In this document: positions 30,301-44,093 of the stretch, one piece after another
Numbering within the stretch: the stretch's first letter is position 1
Layout of the letters: every line of letters starts with the position of its first letter
NCBI GenBank assembly: GCA_904063045.1
Contig: CAJFCJ010000007.1
Location: 1,141,448 to 1,205,447, forward strand
Reading direction: 5' to 3'
Source of the DNA: Dimorphilus gyrociliatus
Taxonomy: Eukaryota > Animalia > Annelida
DNA: 64,000 nucleotides
Position numbers and translations under genes: made by a program
The notes under the pieces: model-generated
Seen by the model: the letters and a program-made list of their open reading frames with translations, nothing else
The model's database searches: none
What the model was told of the DNA's origin: nothing

Positions 30301-33300
30301 AGCGTAATCCAGTTCGATTAAACAGGCGACTATTCTAGCTTTGTTTATTTTCAATATATGCAGCGCGTATGAGGTCAACTTTTGACATTTAAAAAAGCGT
30401 GCTGCCCAACGAATAGCAGCTGCGTATTAAACAGTCCCGCCGCCATCTTTTTAGGGTATATAGACTACTTTTGCAGTACATATATCCATATCCGTAAACC
30501 TAATTAGACGTACATTCTACACCTATAAATAGTTATTTTAAAAGTCTTATATGACTCAAGTAAATGGAAATCGTATAAATTTATGCATTGTTTGTAGGTT
30601 GTAAAATTTTTTTTTCCTTCTTTTTCAAAGTAATAAGCATAAACATATATATATTTAGAACGCAAAGAAGGAACTGTATTCCTCGAGCAAATTCCTACTG
30701 TACGATATTAGTTTTATTATGTTACGCGTGTGGTTTATATTGAGAACAAATTAATATTTAATGTATAAAAGTATATGTTGTATGTTTTCTTTAAGTGACG
30801 AATAAGTAAAATTAGGATAAAAGAATTCGTAAGTATTTTACTAGAAAATGGTAAATAGGAATGAGGAAGAGAATTTAGCGAAAAGGGAGAGGATGGGTTG
30901 GAATATATATATATATAAATATGTGTGGAGAGAAAAAGAGACAGTGAGAGAGAGAGAGAGAGAAAAAAAAAGCTAGGAGCGTAAAGAGTGTAGAGAAGAA
31001 AATCTTCTTCATATCGATTACAAAACGCGCGAATGGTTCGGACGACAACGCCCGACGCTCTCTCTGCCTATAGAGGAAATCATCATGCACCTCACGACGC
31101 TACGACACTGATGCAGAACGTAATTACTGCAGAAATAATTGCAGTCCGCCTCACTCTACATTGCAGTGTCTACTGCGCGCGTCGTCTAATTGATGCCGTC
31201 GCACGCCTTTCCTTTATCGGCCGACGTCTTTATCGCGACAGGTGTAAGGTGCATGTTGTACATGCTAGCTTATGTAGCTCAGCGTGATTAAACAAATTTA
31301 TTCAGTTTTATTGTTTATTTATAACAAAATCTATACTCAAGTAATTAGTCGTACCTTTGCAGTACATTTTAATAAAATATCATTTTTTTTCAATCTTATT
31401 AATCTATGTATATACATAATAAGTCCTCTGCACGACATCATAAAAAACCAAATAATATACATATAAGAGAACATATAAGAGAAAAAAAAAGAGAAAAAAA
31501 CGCGCACCGATTGACGAGTCTTTTGTCTGCCTCATTGCAGTTTCTACCATTAATCAAAATTTCCTGCAGACATCTCATTGCTGATATTGATTGGCGGCTA
31601 ATAGATGGTGCCGAGGTGCTTGTTTGCGCCACCAATGCACGCACCTTGCCCATTTCAGAACGGGTCGTCATCTTGATAGATGTTCATTTCGATTTCAAAT
31701 GTACTTTTTTTTTTCTTCCTAGTTGTTTTTCTCTCCTCATTTTTTTCATTTCTCTTCTTTTCTTCTTTCTCTCCTTCCTCTGTCCCCCCTCCCTCCCTTT
31801 CTTTCTCTCTCTCTCTCTCTCTCTCACTCTACTCTTTTACTCAACCTCTCTCCCTCTATCTAACTATCTATCTGGCTCGCTACGTTTTCTTTTTCTTTAT
31901 ATCCCCCCGTCCCCCCCTTAAAACTTAGTCATTATTCCTATCATAGATTTTTTTTTTTTTAATTTTCGCCGATCTCCTTCCAACCTTTCCCGCCCCTTTG
32001 CTACTACTCCATATACATACATAATGCATAGCGTATCTTTTACAATGAAACGTATATATACAGTATATAATAAGCGTTAGTCTGTTACCTGTATATCATT
32101 TGTACTGTTTATGTACAGTATAATGGAAGTAATAGAGAAAAAAAATTAGATGTTTATGTTTATGCCATATGTATGGAGTTTTTACAATATTAATATTGTT
32201 AATATTATTAATATTACTATTAGTGCTATTTAAATAATTATGTGTAGTGTATCTTGATTCTTTACGCTTATCCTTTCCACTATACATAAACCGATATCTC
32301 TCATCATGGCCGCCCGGCTAAACTCGTTAGCGACCATACTCGCTCCGACTAGACAAACTCGGCATCGCTCTTCTCTTTACATTTGCAGATCAATGATGAC
32401 GTCAACGAAGTCTTAGAAGGCGCATTATAGATTATATTTGCAATTTATCTGACAATTTTCTACTCGGTCGTTTCCTTATCAGCATAATGTTTGCTTTTGC
32501 GATTTTTTTTCCTTCTCTTTTTTCCCCCATTCCACCTTACTAACCCTCTGATTTTTTTTGGCGCTATTTTCTTGTTTATTTTTTTTTACCATTGTCTTCC
32601 ATTCTATCGATGTAGTCAATTCTAGAGCACAAACAATACAATAATTGTACAGCAATAATCGGTGTTGTATAAACAGCACTTGACCCGTTACAACGGCGTT
32701 GACAGGTTAGTTGATAGACTAAATACAATTAGCGAGTTGGCGTCGATGACGTGTATACAGCTGTATATATACTTGAATGTGTATAAGCGCGTCTGTGTAC
32801 ATACAAATGTATACATTTATGCTATGTACCAAATAATTATACCTGTGTAGTCTTTTGTTTCGCCGTAATAGACACGTATTCAATCTAAATGATCTCTAAA
32901 TATTTCTTTTGAGTTTACTTTTTCGCTTCTTTCTTAATTTTCTTTCTTCGTTCTCCCCATTTTCTATCGTTCTTTCTTCATTTTCTGATAGGCGATTCCC
33001 TGTACCTTTTCTCCTTTTATTCTTGCTCTCTTTTTCCTTCGGCTTTCACCCCCCCTCGTTTACCTATAGAAATGGGAAGGAAGAAAGAATTGAGCTGAGA
33101 ATAAAAAGGTGAGAAAGACGTCAATCTAGATAATTAGAGATTATTATAGGCTTTATCGGTATGGAGAAGCCGACTAAAAAGTAACAATTAAATGGAAATA
33201 TGATGCATTTCTACGTATAATCAGCCAGCCGTGATATAAAAGCAAATATGACAAGCGTCAAGTCTACTGCAAACACGATCGACGGCCCTTTGATGCGTTG

Positions 33301-33453
33301 CGTTCGGGCGCGAATTTCTTTGCAGTCGCCGCCCGCTGATAAATGCGTTTGGCATTTGAACGTTAGCAATATGAATTTTCCGCAAATTACACACTACATC
33401 GAGCTCGACATAACAAACGCATAAAGGGAATGCATGAAAGAGCGAAAAGCTTA

Positions 33454-33455
<2 letters not shown>

Positions 33456-33487
<32 letters not shown>
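33456..33487. repeat. (CT)n microsatellite
   Basis: Direct reading. Confidence 0.9.
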
Positions 33488-33490
<3 letters not shown>

Positions 33491-35650
33491 CGCTCATTCT
33501 ATATCTGACCGTCATTCTCTCAATTTTTATTCTCTAGTTTATTTTCTATTTATATATAGATCTTTCCGCTCTCTCCCCTCTCTCTCTCTCTCTCTTCGCT
33601 CCCTTCCTCTGTTTCTTATCCTATATATTTGTATGTCTCTCTCTCATTCTATTTGTCTCTGCGCGTTTCGCTTACTTCTTGTTTTTCTCCTATTTAGTTG
33701 ATGTCCTTTTATAACTGACTCTTTCGAATAAACTCGAAGAAGCCGTCAACGAAAAAACGAAGATTTATAATCTAATACCCCAAGCGCTGCAGAGCAAGAA
33801 GTCGTTCCCCCTTCTATTCCACCCTTACCCTCTCCCTCTAGTCGATATATGAAAATTAAATCCCACTATTAGATTGCTGTCAGGAAGAGGGTGTTCGCTG
33901 TCGGAACTCGAATGAACAAGTTGACCTCGCATGACCCGCCACTGTAAATACGCGTCGCTTTGAGTGATGGATGCGTAAGGCGTCTAAAGTGACGCGGCTT
34001 TGTCGTCGACGGCAACCCGTCCGCAGCTTCCTATGTATGACAATGAAATATGGTTCTCGACTGATTTGTATGGTAATCTATATATGTTTTGTGTTTTGAT
34101 AAAAAGAAAGAAAACGTATCATTTATAAATTATATATAATTGTATCAATCCGATTGGCGTTAGCAAGTGCGTCGGAGGCTGTTGAATATTTGAAAGGGGC
34201 GGCAACTGGGCGGAAGCGAAACGTCCCCGGTGACAGTTGGATTGGCGATGAAATTAATGCTCATAGAATGTACGTGCATGTGTACATGTCCTAGAATCCG
34301 TAATATTAATAAATATAAAGATATATAATATACACGCACCTTTATGAAATCGCATAACTGATAGAACAATAATTATAAAAGCGCCACTGAAGCCTTTTAA
34401 GGCTGATGAAATGTCAGCTCTATTTGATTTACACTTGCAAACTGCGTAACCCTGCCGCCCCGATGCGGAACGTACGCACGCACTGATGTATATTTTGTAC
34501 ATGCAACTATATAGTAATAAATCATAGAAGGCCTATAATTCAATCCATGCATCTTGCACATTACATAAACAGATATATTTCATTTATGTTGCGCATATAC
34601 AAGTATATATATACATTGTTTTTAATTTATAACTCCCAATACATTAATATATCTATAAGCAATTATAACTGCCAAAGATATATATATATATGTATACAGT
34701 ATATAAGTCGGTCGCAACAAATCTATTCATGTTAAGATTTGTCACTGATTCTATCTCATATAAGAATTTGTTAATATATGCATATATATGCAGATATGTA
34801 TATATTAATTTATGTATATAGGCATATATTATATATAATAAGACGAATATGTACACGCCTCATTTCCACTCCCGCCTTATACAATCGGAATGTCATATTA
34901 TGTAAATAGATACGATGGCGGTACAAAGAGAAAAATGATTTATGTATATACAAAAGCAGTTACACAATCGCGGAATGCCAAAATCCCCAAACTCTTCCAT
35001 CATCTATAAAACATACAGACAAACTTTTCCAAACATCCTGATGTATAGTTGTGCGTATTTTGTAAAAATTTACAATTAAACTTATTCATTAATTGTCAAA
35101 TATATCATTTCTTTTGTTCTTTTCCTCATATATTTAGATGTATACATATATTGTAAATATATATATATATATACACCTATATATACATAGTCATATGTTT
35201 TTTATATAATTAATCTTTTAAATGGAACAATACGAACTGTATATTTAAATAAATTTATATGTTTTCGATATTCTATATAAAGGACATAAAAAAAAAGAAA
35301 TACACAGTAGGCCTATAATCAAGAAAATTAATTGAAAAGATCGAGTATGAAACGCGGCTTTTAATTAATTTCAATCACGTTCGCTTTCAATTATAGTCGC
35401 CGTGTCAGTAGTTCAAATTCGTCAGATGATTAAAACAATTACATAATGAAATAACTTTCACCCAAACGACCGCCGCCGCCACCACCTTTTAAACGCTCTT
35501 GCTTTGTTTTGGAAATAAATAAATAAAGCGGGTCGATTATAATTGGAGAAGTTGGTAATAGTATAAAAGGAGAAAAGAAAGAGGTTTAAAGAAAATCCAA
35601 GCAGTAAAGAAAAATTAGAAATTATACAATCGTTTGATATGGGGAAAGGA

Positions 35651-35700
35651 TGAAGAAGAAGAAGGAGGAGAAGAAGAAGAAGAAGAAGAAGAAGAAGAAA
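35651..35700. repeat. (GAA)n trinucleotide repeat interrupted by GGA
   Basis: Direct reading. Confidence 0.9.
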
Positions 35701-36100
35701 GAGAGTTATAACTAGGCATTTAAGACATAATAATATAGTAGGAATTGTAGAAGGGAGGGAGAAAGGATGAAATAGGGTGGGTGAAGGGTGGATAAAAAAG
35801 AGGCAAACTTAATTGTTGGCCCCGACGGAGCGAATATATATATATATATGAAAGTGGGCTGCGTTATAAATGAAATTACAAGTCAATCCGTCCGGAGTAT
35901 CATTCCATTAAAAAATGAAACACCTCGCCTCTTCTATACTTAACAAAACTAAGCAATATAGTATTATTATTCATCTACTTTCCTCGCTCTCTCTTTCTAC
36001 TTTCACATCTTTATGAATCATTTGATAATATATTCCATTCTTAATCTTAATATTTTACATACAAAGATAGACGCAGGAAGAAATAAGATGAGAAAGAGAC

Positions 36101-36148
<48 letters not shown>

Positions 36149-39100
36149 GTATGTGTGTGTGTGCCAAGAGAGAGAGTATGAGAGAGAGAGAGATAGATAA
36201 AGGGAAAAATCACGAAAATATTTATCATTTAAAAGAAAAGATAAATAGATAGTTTTGGCAGGAAAAAAACGAAAAAAAAGTGTATATGAATACAATTGCC
36301 ATACAACACGTAAATTTACTTATTAATCGTTAAATAAAGGCTGCATAAAAAGGAGAAAATAATAATAAAAAAAAAGAAAAAAAAGAGGAATCTGTCTGTC
36401 TATGCGCGCATAATACTTCTTCATAATATATTGTATATGTTATACCATATGCCTAAAATTTATTGCGTCATCTTACATAAAAATGTATATATAAAAAATC
36501 TAATTATATGGCAAAGAGCCAAAAATTAAATAATTTTAACCTGTCCAAGTCAATTAAATACAAAATGTTAATTATGGTTAATTGCTTTGTATTATTCATG
36601 TATACAATATAAGATATTTAAAGAGTGATTATAAGCCGATAAGAATAGAAATAATGACTGTAAGTAATAACCCGATTGCGACTCATTACCGGCAGGCATA
36701 ATAAAAAATTGTATAAACTTGGTGAAGGCATAAATCAAACATGAACATCAAAGTCAATAAAAGATAAAAGTAGCAAGATAAGGAGAGCGAAATGACACAA
36801 TTATATACAAATGAACGGCCGGCGGGCGAGGAAAAAAACAAAAGAATGCTGCGTTGTGATTACTGTTGCCGCGAGGGGTAAAAGTCGGTCATACATTTAT
36901 AAATGTATATACTCACGATAGTAGGAAAAAAAAAACAACATCAGTAAGGGGGGAGGAGAAGAAGGAGGAGGGAAATGTTGTACAAGGGAGGAGAAGGAGG
37001 AAAGGAGGATGGTAGTTAGTAGGAGGAGGAGGAGGAGGGAATGGGAGGAAAAGAACGAGAGGGTGGAAAACTTGCATACGTTTAATACGAAGCACATGTA
37101 CATGCATAAGCACACACACACATGCAGACACATACAGAAGCATTTACACGAAATACATAATAGAAAACATATCTCATGCAGATATAAACATACACGTCCA
37201 TTGTTATTATATATATATATTTATGTATATATAAACACATGTATGTTTATATATATTAATATTCATATATACAAAGATATATATATATATATATATACGT
37301 TGATAAAGCATGCCTTCTCTCTATAAAGAAAGTCTGAAATACTGATTCATATAAAAATTTATACACACAACACACACGCATATGCACACATAAGTCTATA
37401 GCAATATCGCATTGCGCCGGCCAATAACACGCTAAAACATTTCCTTTTGGACGTCCATCTCTCCTCAAATATTGGCATAAGACGCTGCTGGCCGGCTGAC
37501 CAAACGAATACATATAACACCCCCCTTCTCTTTTTCCCTTTTTTTCTTTTTCTTCCCCTATTCTTTCCATCTTTCTCTCTCTCTCTGTCTATCTATCTTT
37601 CTTTCTTCTTTTCTTTCTCTTTCTCAATTTAAACCTTCCTTTTTATCCATTTTCTCCCACCTTCTATAATATTATTCCTCTCCTTTATGTTGCTTGTTTT
37701 ATCCCTTTTTTTTATCCCTTTTCACATAGCTCTCTTCCTCTGTCCCGTTTTATTTTAATACTATATACTGAAAATAGTCTTATAAAGTTGGCTGAGAGAA
37801 TTTTTGGCTTGACCATATTTACATAAATAAGATAAAAATATATACTCGAAAAAGACATACTTTAATATTATTTTTAAGCGTATTTCGATCTAAAAAACTG
37901 ATTTGTTGAGAGAATATAAGCTACTTCTAGGCCTACTATTAAAAGATTATAGTGGAAAAAGAGAAACGTTTGCCGCGTCAGACATCACGCATTCTCGTCA
38001 GGCGCAAGTCAAATTGTGCTCGCTCTAAAAGATTGCTCGGGCGCATTTTTGTCAATGTCCAGCCGCCGCGTCCACTCAATTCGATTATGAGTCTTGCACG
38101 CATCCACTCGGGTCGTCCATATAGACTGTTAGAAATTTTACAAAGAGAGACAGAGAAAGGGAGAGACAGAAAAGAAGCAATAGATAGATAGTTAACTAAG
38201 AGGAAAGTTTGATTGAAATATAATAAAATTCATGCATTTGAATAATAATAAGAGGAGGAAGAAAGAGGGGAGATGATAAAAAAAGCAAAATAAAAGAAGA
38301 GAATGAGAGAGGGTCGCAAGAGAGAAAGGGAGAGGAGAGATAAGGGGGAGAAAAATGAAAAATGATAAAATATTTAATATTATGTGAGTGAGGTGGTGCT
38401 CTGAGAATGAAGAAAATAAGATACACTGCCAGCCGTATAATGTTAAGATCACTTAATACTAGTAGTCTAGTAAAATTATACATTACTGTCATACTCTTAT
38501 TGTATTCTAAGAGTGTACGAATTGTACTGTATTATTACATTACATATACTAATAAACACGCGTACGCCGAATATGTACAATATGTTTTAAGTATATATAA
38601 ATGCATGTATGTTTAAGCTTGTACATAGAAAAGGCCAAAATAAAAAGGCGTCCGGACGTTTGATAATTGAGTGCGGTAGGGTAGGCACTTAGTTTCATTG
38701 CTTGCCGCCGCAAAGCAGAGTTTAACAAGACGTACGATGGCAACTTAAGTCGAGCATATGCATTGGGAAGCCGCCGTTGAAAAGATCGGCCGACCCGCGT
38801 ATTGACCCGGCGCTGACCCGTGGCGTCGCTAGCACGTGCCGGATCGGCGTCTATCGGCTTTTTTTTTACCATCCGGCCCTCCCATTCTTTTCGCCTCGGC
38901 AGATACTAGTGTGAGATGATGAATGATGAACGCGGCCCAAGAGTGCCAGATAAGACGCGTGGGGCGTCGAGGGCGACGCCTACTACGACGCTTTATCGAC
39001 CCGCAGGAATTGAAATAAAAAAAAATAAAATTTTTTCAATGAAGAAAAAACATTTAGTTACTTTTATGAAAAGAAAAATGATTATGCATATTATATCAGT

Positions 39101-40757
39101 CCATTCCCGAATCTTTTATGTCCAATGCGGTTAGATAGGCCGGGGGCGGACAGGCGACTTGACAAGGTCAAGAAGGAGTGCAACGAAAACGGATATATAT
39201 GCTTATTTCCCCCTTTTTTTCGTCCTATTTTCCCTGTTTTTCCAATGTAACCTTCCAACTGTTAAAACTTACCAAAGAAAAAAGCGGCCGTCAGCGACGC
39301 CGTCAACGTCGTTGAAAATAAAAAGAAAACGAAAAAAAGAAAAGAGAAAAAAAACGTTGCTATGGTAATAGGACATCGATTGTGTATATTGCTGACCAGT
39401 AGTTTAATGGAAGGCACCTGCAGCTAAGACGTTCCAGCCTTCGGGCGCCAAACTAGCAACGCCAGCTTAAACTGCCAACAGGCACAGACCGCCGAAAATA
39501 TAATAGAGGCGCGTTTCGCAAATAAGCGGCAAATAGACGTCAATCTGCAGCAAAGTTATGGCCATCAATTCGTTTAGTACGTGACTGTCAGCGGTCAGTT
39601 GGAGAAAAAAGCTAGCACATACTGCAGATTAACGCAGATATGAGGCGTTTAATTGGATGAAGACAAAGTCAACACGTCCCATGCAACCGAATAGCGCGCC
39701 GACGGTTCATCATTACATTTGCCAATCATGAATTATTCCACCCCGTCCACACCCTCTTACAACTTCTTCGTTTCTCGCACTGAATATGAATGAAAAACGA
39801 GCGTTCAATGCAAATGACTTTGCGCGTCTCTTTTTTTTCCAATCGACGACAGTCACGTCACTCGCGCATTCGTCATGGTGCAGGCCGCCGTCAATTAGGT
39901 GGCTTGTGACGCCGGCGTCTTCCTTTCTAACTCGCCGTCTCTTCATTTCCGTTTGGCGACGTGACAGGAACGCCGGTAGAGGGCGAAAAACAAGGGCGGG
40001 CTGCACAATTTGATAGTCGCCCTAAGCCGACAGCTGTCCATTCATTGCATTCACAGAACCGTTCAAAAAAACCTTTAGCCTCTGTACAACGTTTATCAGA
40101 AGAAACGCAATATGTAATGCTAGTCGGCTCAATAGAACATTCATAAGGCTGACGGTTACGTAATAAACGACCGCCCGATTACGCCAGCGCTCATCTCCGC
40201 TCCGAGCATCTATATAATATAATCGTGAGCGCGACACGACCGGAAGTTCAAAGGCGTCGCGAACCGGAAGGAACATTGAAAACGTCGCTCCCGACCCGTC
40301 AAATGACAGAGCGAGTATTGCTGGGGCAAAGATCAACTGTATCGCGAAGAGAATAGAAATAGAAAATCCGCAAATCGGGCATGAAAGGCGTCGGAGAGAG
40401 ACGGGATAAGACAGTAGATTTCCCTGCGGACAGTTTTCATCCTCTAGCCACATGCTGCCGCCGCTACTATCTCTTTCTCGAATTTCTCTTTTCCTTCTAC
40501 GTGGGAAGGCGAGCACATGGCGTACACTTTATGACGTAATGCGACTGCACAAAGACTGCAATTAAACGCTTCCGGACAAGACATTACTTCGTTTCGTCTT
40601 TGTCTTAAAAATCTCTTCGATATGTATTATTGTAGTAGCAAAAGCTCAACGAAACAGAAGAAAAAAAACGAATAAGTTCCAATTACACACCTTGCATACT
40701 TTTTAATTAATAATTATCTTTATATAAACGTGGGGCCGAACTAATACACCGACCTTC

Positions 40758-42607
40758 TTAAGCGTTTTCCATTAATTGATCAGGCAGGTAGCTAGACAAA
40801 TCGCTGCAATCTAAGTCGAGCGGTTGAACGCGAACGCTACTGGCATCGTTCGTACGTATCGAACGGCTTTCGTTTCGCCGTTCATGCAATCTGCAATGAA
40901 TCCGAAGAGAATCGCTCTTAACGAAGACTGCACTGCATAAATGACATTTATGAGAGGCGTTGTATTTTCCGATTTGTAACCCTCTCCTCTTCTTTCCACC
41001 TCTCGACACGTTCCGCCGACATTTCGGTGATCCGTGTTTCCTACTTATGTGCACTTTTAGGGAATCCTTATTAGCACACGTGTAGCCACAATGATCACAC
41101 TTAACTCTCGAGGTGGTCGTCTTCTCCTCAAGCTTTTCTTGAGTTTCTCCGTGGTCTTTATCATAATGTTCTTTCAATAATTTTTTACTATCTCCTCTAA
41201 AGTCACATAATTCGCAAGAAAAATACGAATCGTTGTTATGTAAACTTTTTATATGTGTTAATAAATTTGATTTGACCCTCGCCCTATAAGTACAGTAATT
41301 GCAGGCGAACGGCTTATCTCCCGAATGTATTCGACTGTGCCGCCGTAAATCCGAGCTGATCGCGAAGCGGGCATCACATTCGTTGCAGAAAAACGGCTTA
41401 TCACCCGTATGGGTTCTCAAGTGGACGGTCAAGGCGGATGATGTACGGAGTTCAAGAGAACAAATCTGACAGACGTGTGGTCTTTCACCCGTATGAATCA
41501 GCATATGTTTCTTTAGCGTTGCATTATCGACGGTTGAATATGAGCAGTCCTTACACTTGAATGGCTTATTACCGTCGTGAAATCGAATATGCTGCTGTAA
41601 TTTATCGTTCCTGTTGAACGCTCGCGGGCAGCGGTTGCATTTGAACGGTTTCTCCCGCGTGTGCGTTAATCTGTGACGCTCGACGTCCTGCAGACGGAAA
41701 AATATAATAAACACATGAGTAATTCTATGCGCTTTAATAAACCGAAATATTAAAGGATATCTCAAAACACCAGTTTGGGACTAGCATGACGACACATTTA
41801 TGCATAATAGAGCGTAAAAAAGTCGTCTTCTTTCGTAAAGACTCTTTATGCGAACATATAGTAAATATCTAAACAAAATCTAGTAGTAGTTAATAAATGC
41901 GGTATATGGGGCAACTGGGGAAAAAATTCGGTGATGGAACGTAATAAAGAACACATCAAAAGCAAAACAAACGTTCATCAATTGCAATAAGAAAAGTGCC
42001 GACTGCAGATTGCAGACGGACGTCGTCGGGCACCACGAGGGAAATATTGCTTTTCTTTATAAAAGATCACCCACAGCACAAAGCTCCTACGCTACACATT
42101 AATATTATCGTTTGACATTTACTCAATTTGCGACTATCACTTTTTTAAGAGATTACTCCTTGCGTAATGTAACTTTATATACTGTTACTGTACAATCTCT
42201 ACAGCAGTTGTAAAGTGCGGTATGCACTTATAGCATGCGTATAAATATACATTTATATACACATATAAAGCATTCCATATGTAGTAAATAAATTACGATA
42301 CACACATACATACTGATAGGCGAAGGAGAACCAATTTATAGATATATATAAATATCTTTTATGGATAAAACACATACACACACACACACACATGCACACA
42401 CATATACAGTTGTATATACATTATATATATATATATATATAAATTTATATATATTATAGGTGAAATCTACTTTTATGGACATTTTAAAGTGCATATAAAA
42501 TATAAAAAAAAGTAAAAATATTGATAGGATAAAGATGGATTTATCTATCTATATTATATATATATATATTTGATATTTATTTATAAATCTATGTAAATAT
42601 ATGATAT

Positions 42608-42652
<45 letters not shown>

Positions 42653-43875
42653 ATTAGGTTATTATAAATCAAATATGTTTGAACAATTTTATGCTATCAC
42701 TCTATACTTATCATCGTTAAATTTACTTACATATATGGAATATACACATAAAAACTCATATTGTCAATAGATTTGATATTTTGGTGAATTACACCTGTTG
42801 AACGGAATGACCTGGAGCAAAGTCAATAAATCATAATACGGAATGTATATATACGCAACAAATACGCGGTAATATATATACACATTCCTCATATTCAATT
42901 TACTTTCGCCCGCCCAATTTCCCATCATCAATTTTAAGCCGATAAACCAGCATAGAACATATAACAGCTGCATGCTTATAAATGTGAGAATATGCAGTAA
43001 ACGATTGAAAGAAGAAACCTGCTTTCTAGCGCATCTGTCTTTTTTGCGTATGTACACAATTATATATTATAGAAAAAAACAGATAAGGTTCGAAAAGCTA
43101 AAAACGATATTTACACTTTATTGTTGAACGAAAAACACGAGAAAAAAAATATCCCAGCATTAATTGCTCGAGATTTGATTAATTTGCTACTTCATTCGAT
43201 CGACATGCAAACGTCTATAGCGAGCTATATTTTCGTCGATACATAAGCAAGAATTGCGCGCTTTTTACAATATTAATGATCAATTAAGGATAGAAATAAA
43301 ATCGTTTAACAAATCAACCTACCTTTAAATACCTACTACTGTAATCGCAATTATCAAATTTGCATTTGTGCTTTTTTTCATTGGTCTTTTTTGTGCTGCT
43401 AGCGCCATCTCTTGACTGGTTGGTGATGAATAGGTGAGGCAATGTTTTCGAGTCGCCGTAATCTAGACATTGGGTAGCAAGTTGGGAATGGATAGGGAAT
43501 TAGACAAAGGTTCGCCTTACATTGATTAGATCAGGAAAAGAGTATACCTTGTATAGTTTGAACGCTAGATGGCGTATATTCGTCATAATTACTAACAGAT
43601 TGGCTTGTAATCCGAGTCGAGATCGTAGGATGGTCAGCGTTTGCCTGATTAGAAACAGTTGCGGTCAAATTATAAGGCTCGCTGCTTTGCTCGTCGGACA
43701 AGGAGTTCAAAGAGTCGGGAGCTTCGGTATCGACAAACACTTCGAGCAATTCGTTAGCCAAACCACCGGGAAACGCATGAGTTTGCTTATGTTCAATGAA
43801 GAGGTTAATATTGCTAAATTCTGCCCGGCACGTTCCACAGACGAGTAGATCCGACGACGTTGATTGCGACGTCAT
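40758..43875 (-). CDS. ZFP64: Zinc finger protein 64-like (ZFP64), 3 coding exons, ~465 aa
   Basis: Exons 43875-43548 (N-terminal LVCGTCRAEFSNINLFIEHKQ, like ZFP64 HICGICKQQFNNLDAFVAHKQ), 43462-43323 (..CKFDNCDYSSRYLK|) and 41687-40758 (|DVERHRLTHTREKPF plus a tandem C2H2 array). The intron splits finger 1 at K|D, as recalled for vertebrate ZFP64 (GMK|DMERH). Confidence 0.82.
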
Positions 43876-44093
43876 CTGTTCAAGCGTGAAGAGAAAAATA
43901 ACAGGAGAAGATAATAAAAAACATAAATCTTTTTCTTTATTCAAAATGATTACTGTCCAACCAAAAAAAGTTTAGAAAATAGAGATAGAGAGAAAAAAAG
44001 CAAAAAAGTAAACAAAAACAGTGAGTCCTCCTTATGTTTTCATCTTTTTCAATATGTAATAAGATATATAAACAATCGGTGATGCTCTGTCTA

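Larger units (their letters stand above)
26424..40757. other. ~14 kb gene-free interval upstream of spalt (putative cis-regulatory landscape)
   Basis: No recognisable coding exons. GC-richer unique islands alternate with (TA)n, (GA)n and poly-A tracts. Intergenic gaps elsewhere in the window are only ~0.1-2.6 kb. Confidence 0.7.

Noticed and set aside
22274-33295. TCF/LEF-type CCTTTGAT sites near spalt (22284, 23600, 33287)
   Set aside because: A rough estimate gives about 2-3 such 8-mers by chance in 64 kb of this composition, and one also occurs outside the locus (~51340).
26497-40146. Dozens of 60-170 aa ORFs in the spalt upstream interval; search for known miRNAs
   Set aside because: The ORFs are low-complexity or lack recognisable domains and splice chains; no conserved mature miRNA sequence was recognised by eye (an Rfam or miRBase search is still warranted).
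40022-40516. 164-aa minus-strand ORF just downstream of ZFP64
   Set aside because: Non-ATG start and no recognisable domain; expected in a GC-richer island. It could be an alternative last exon, but nothing supports this.
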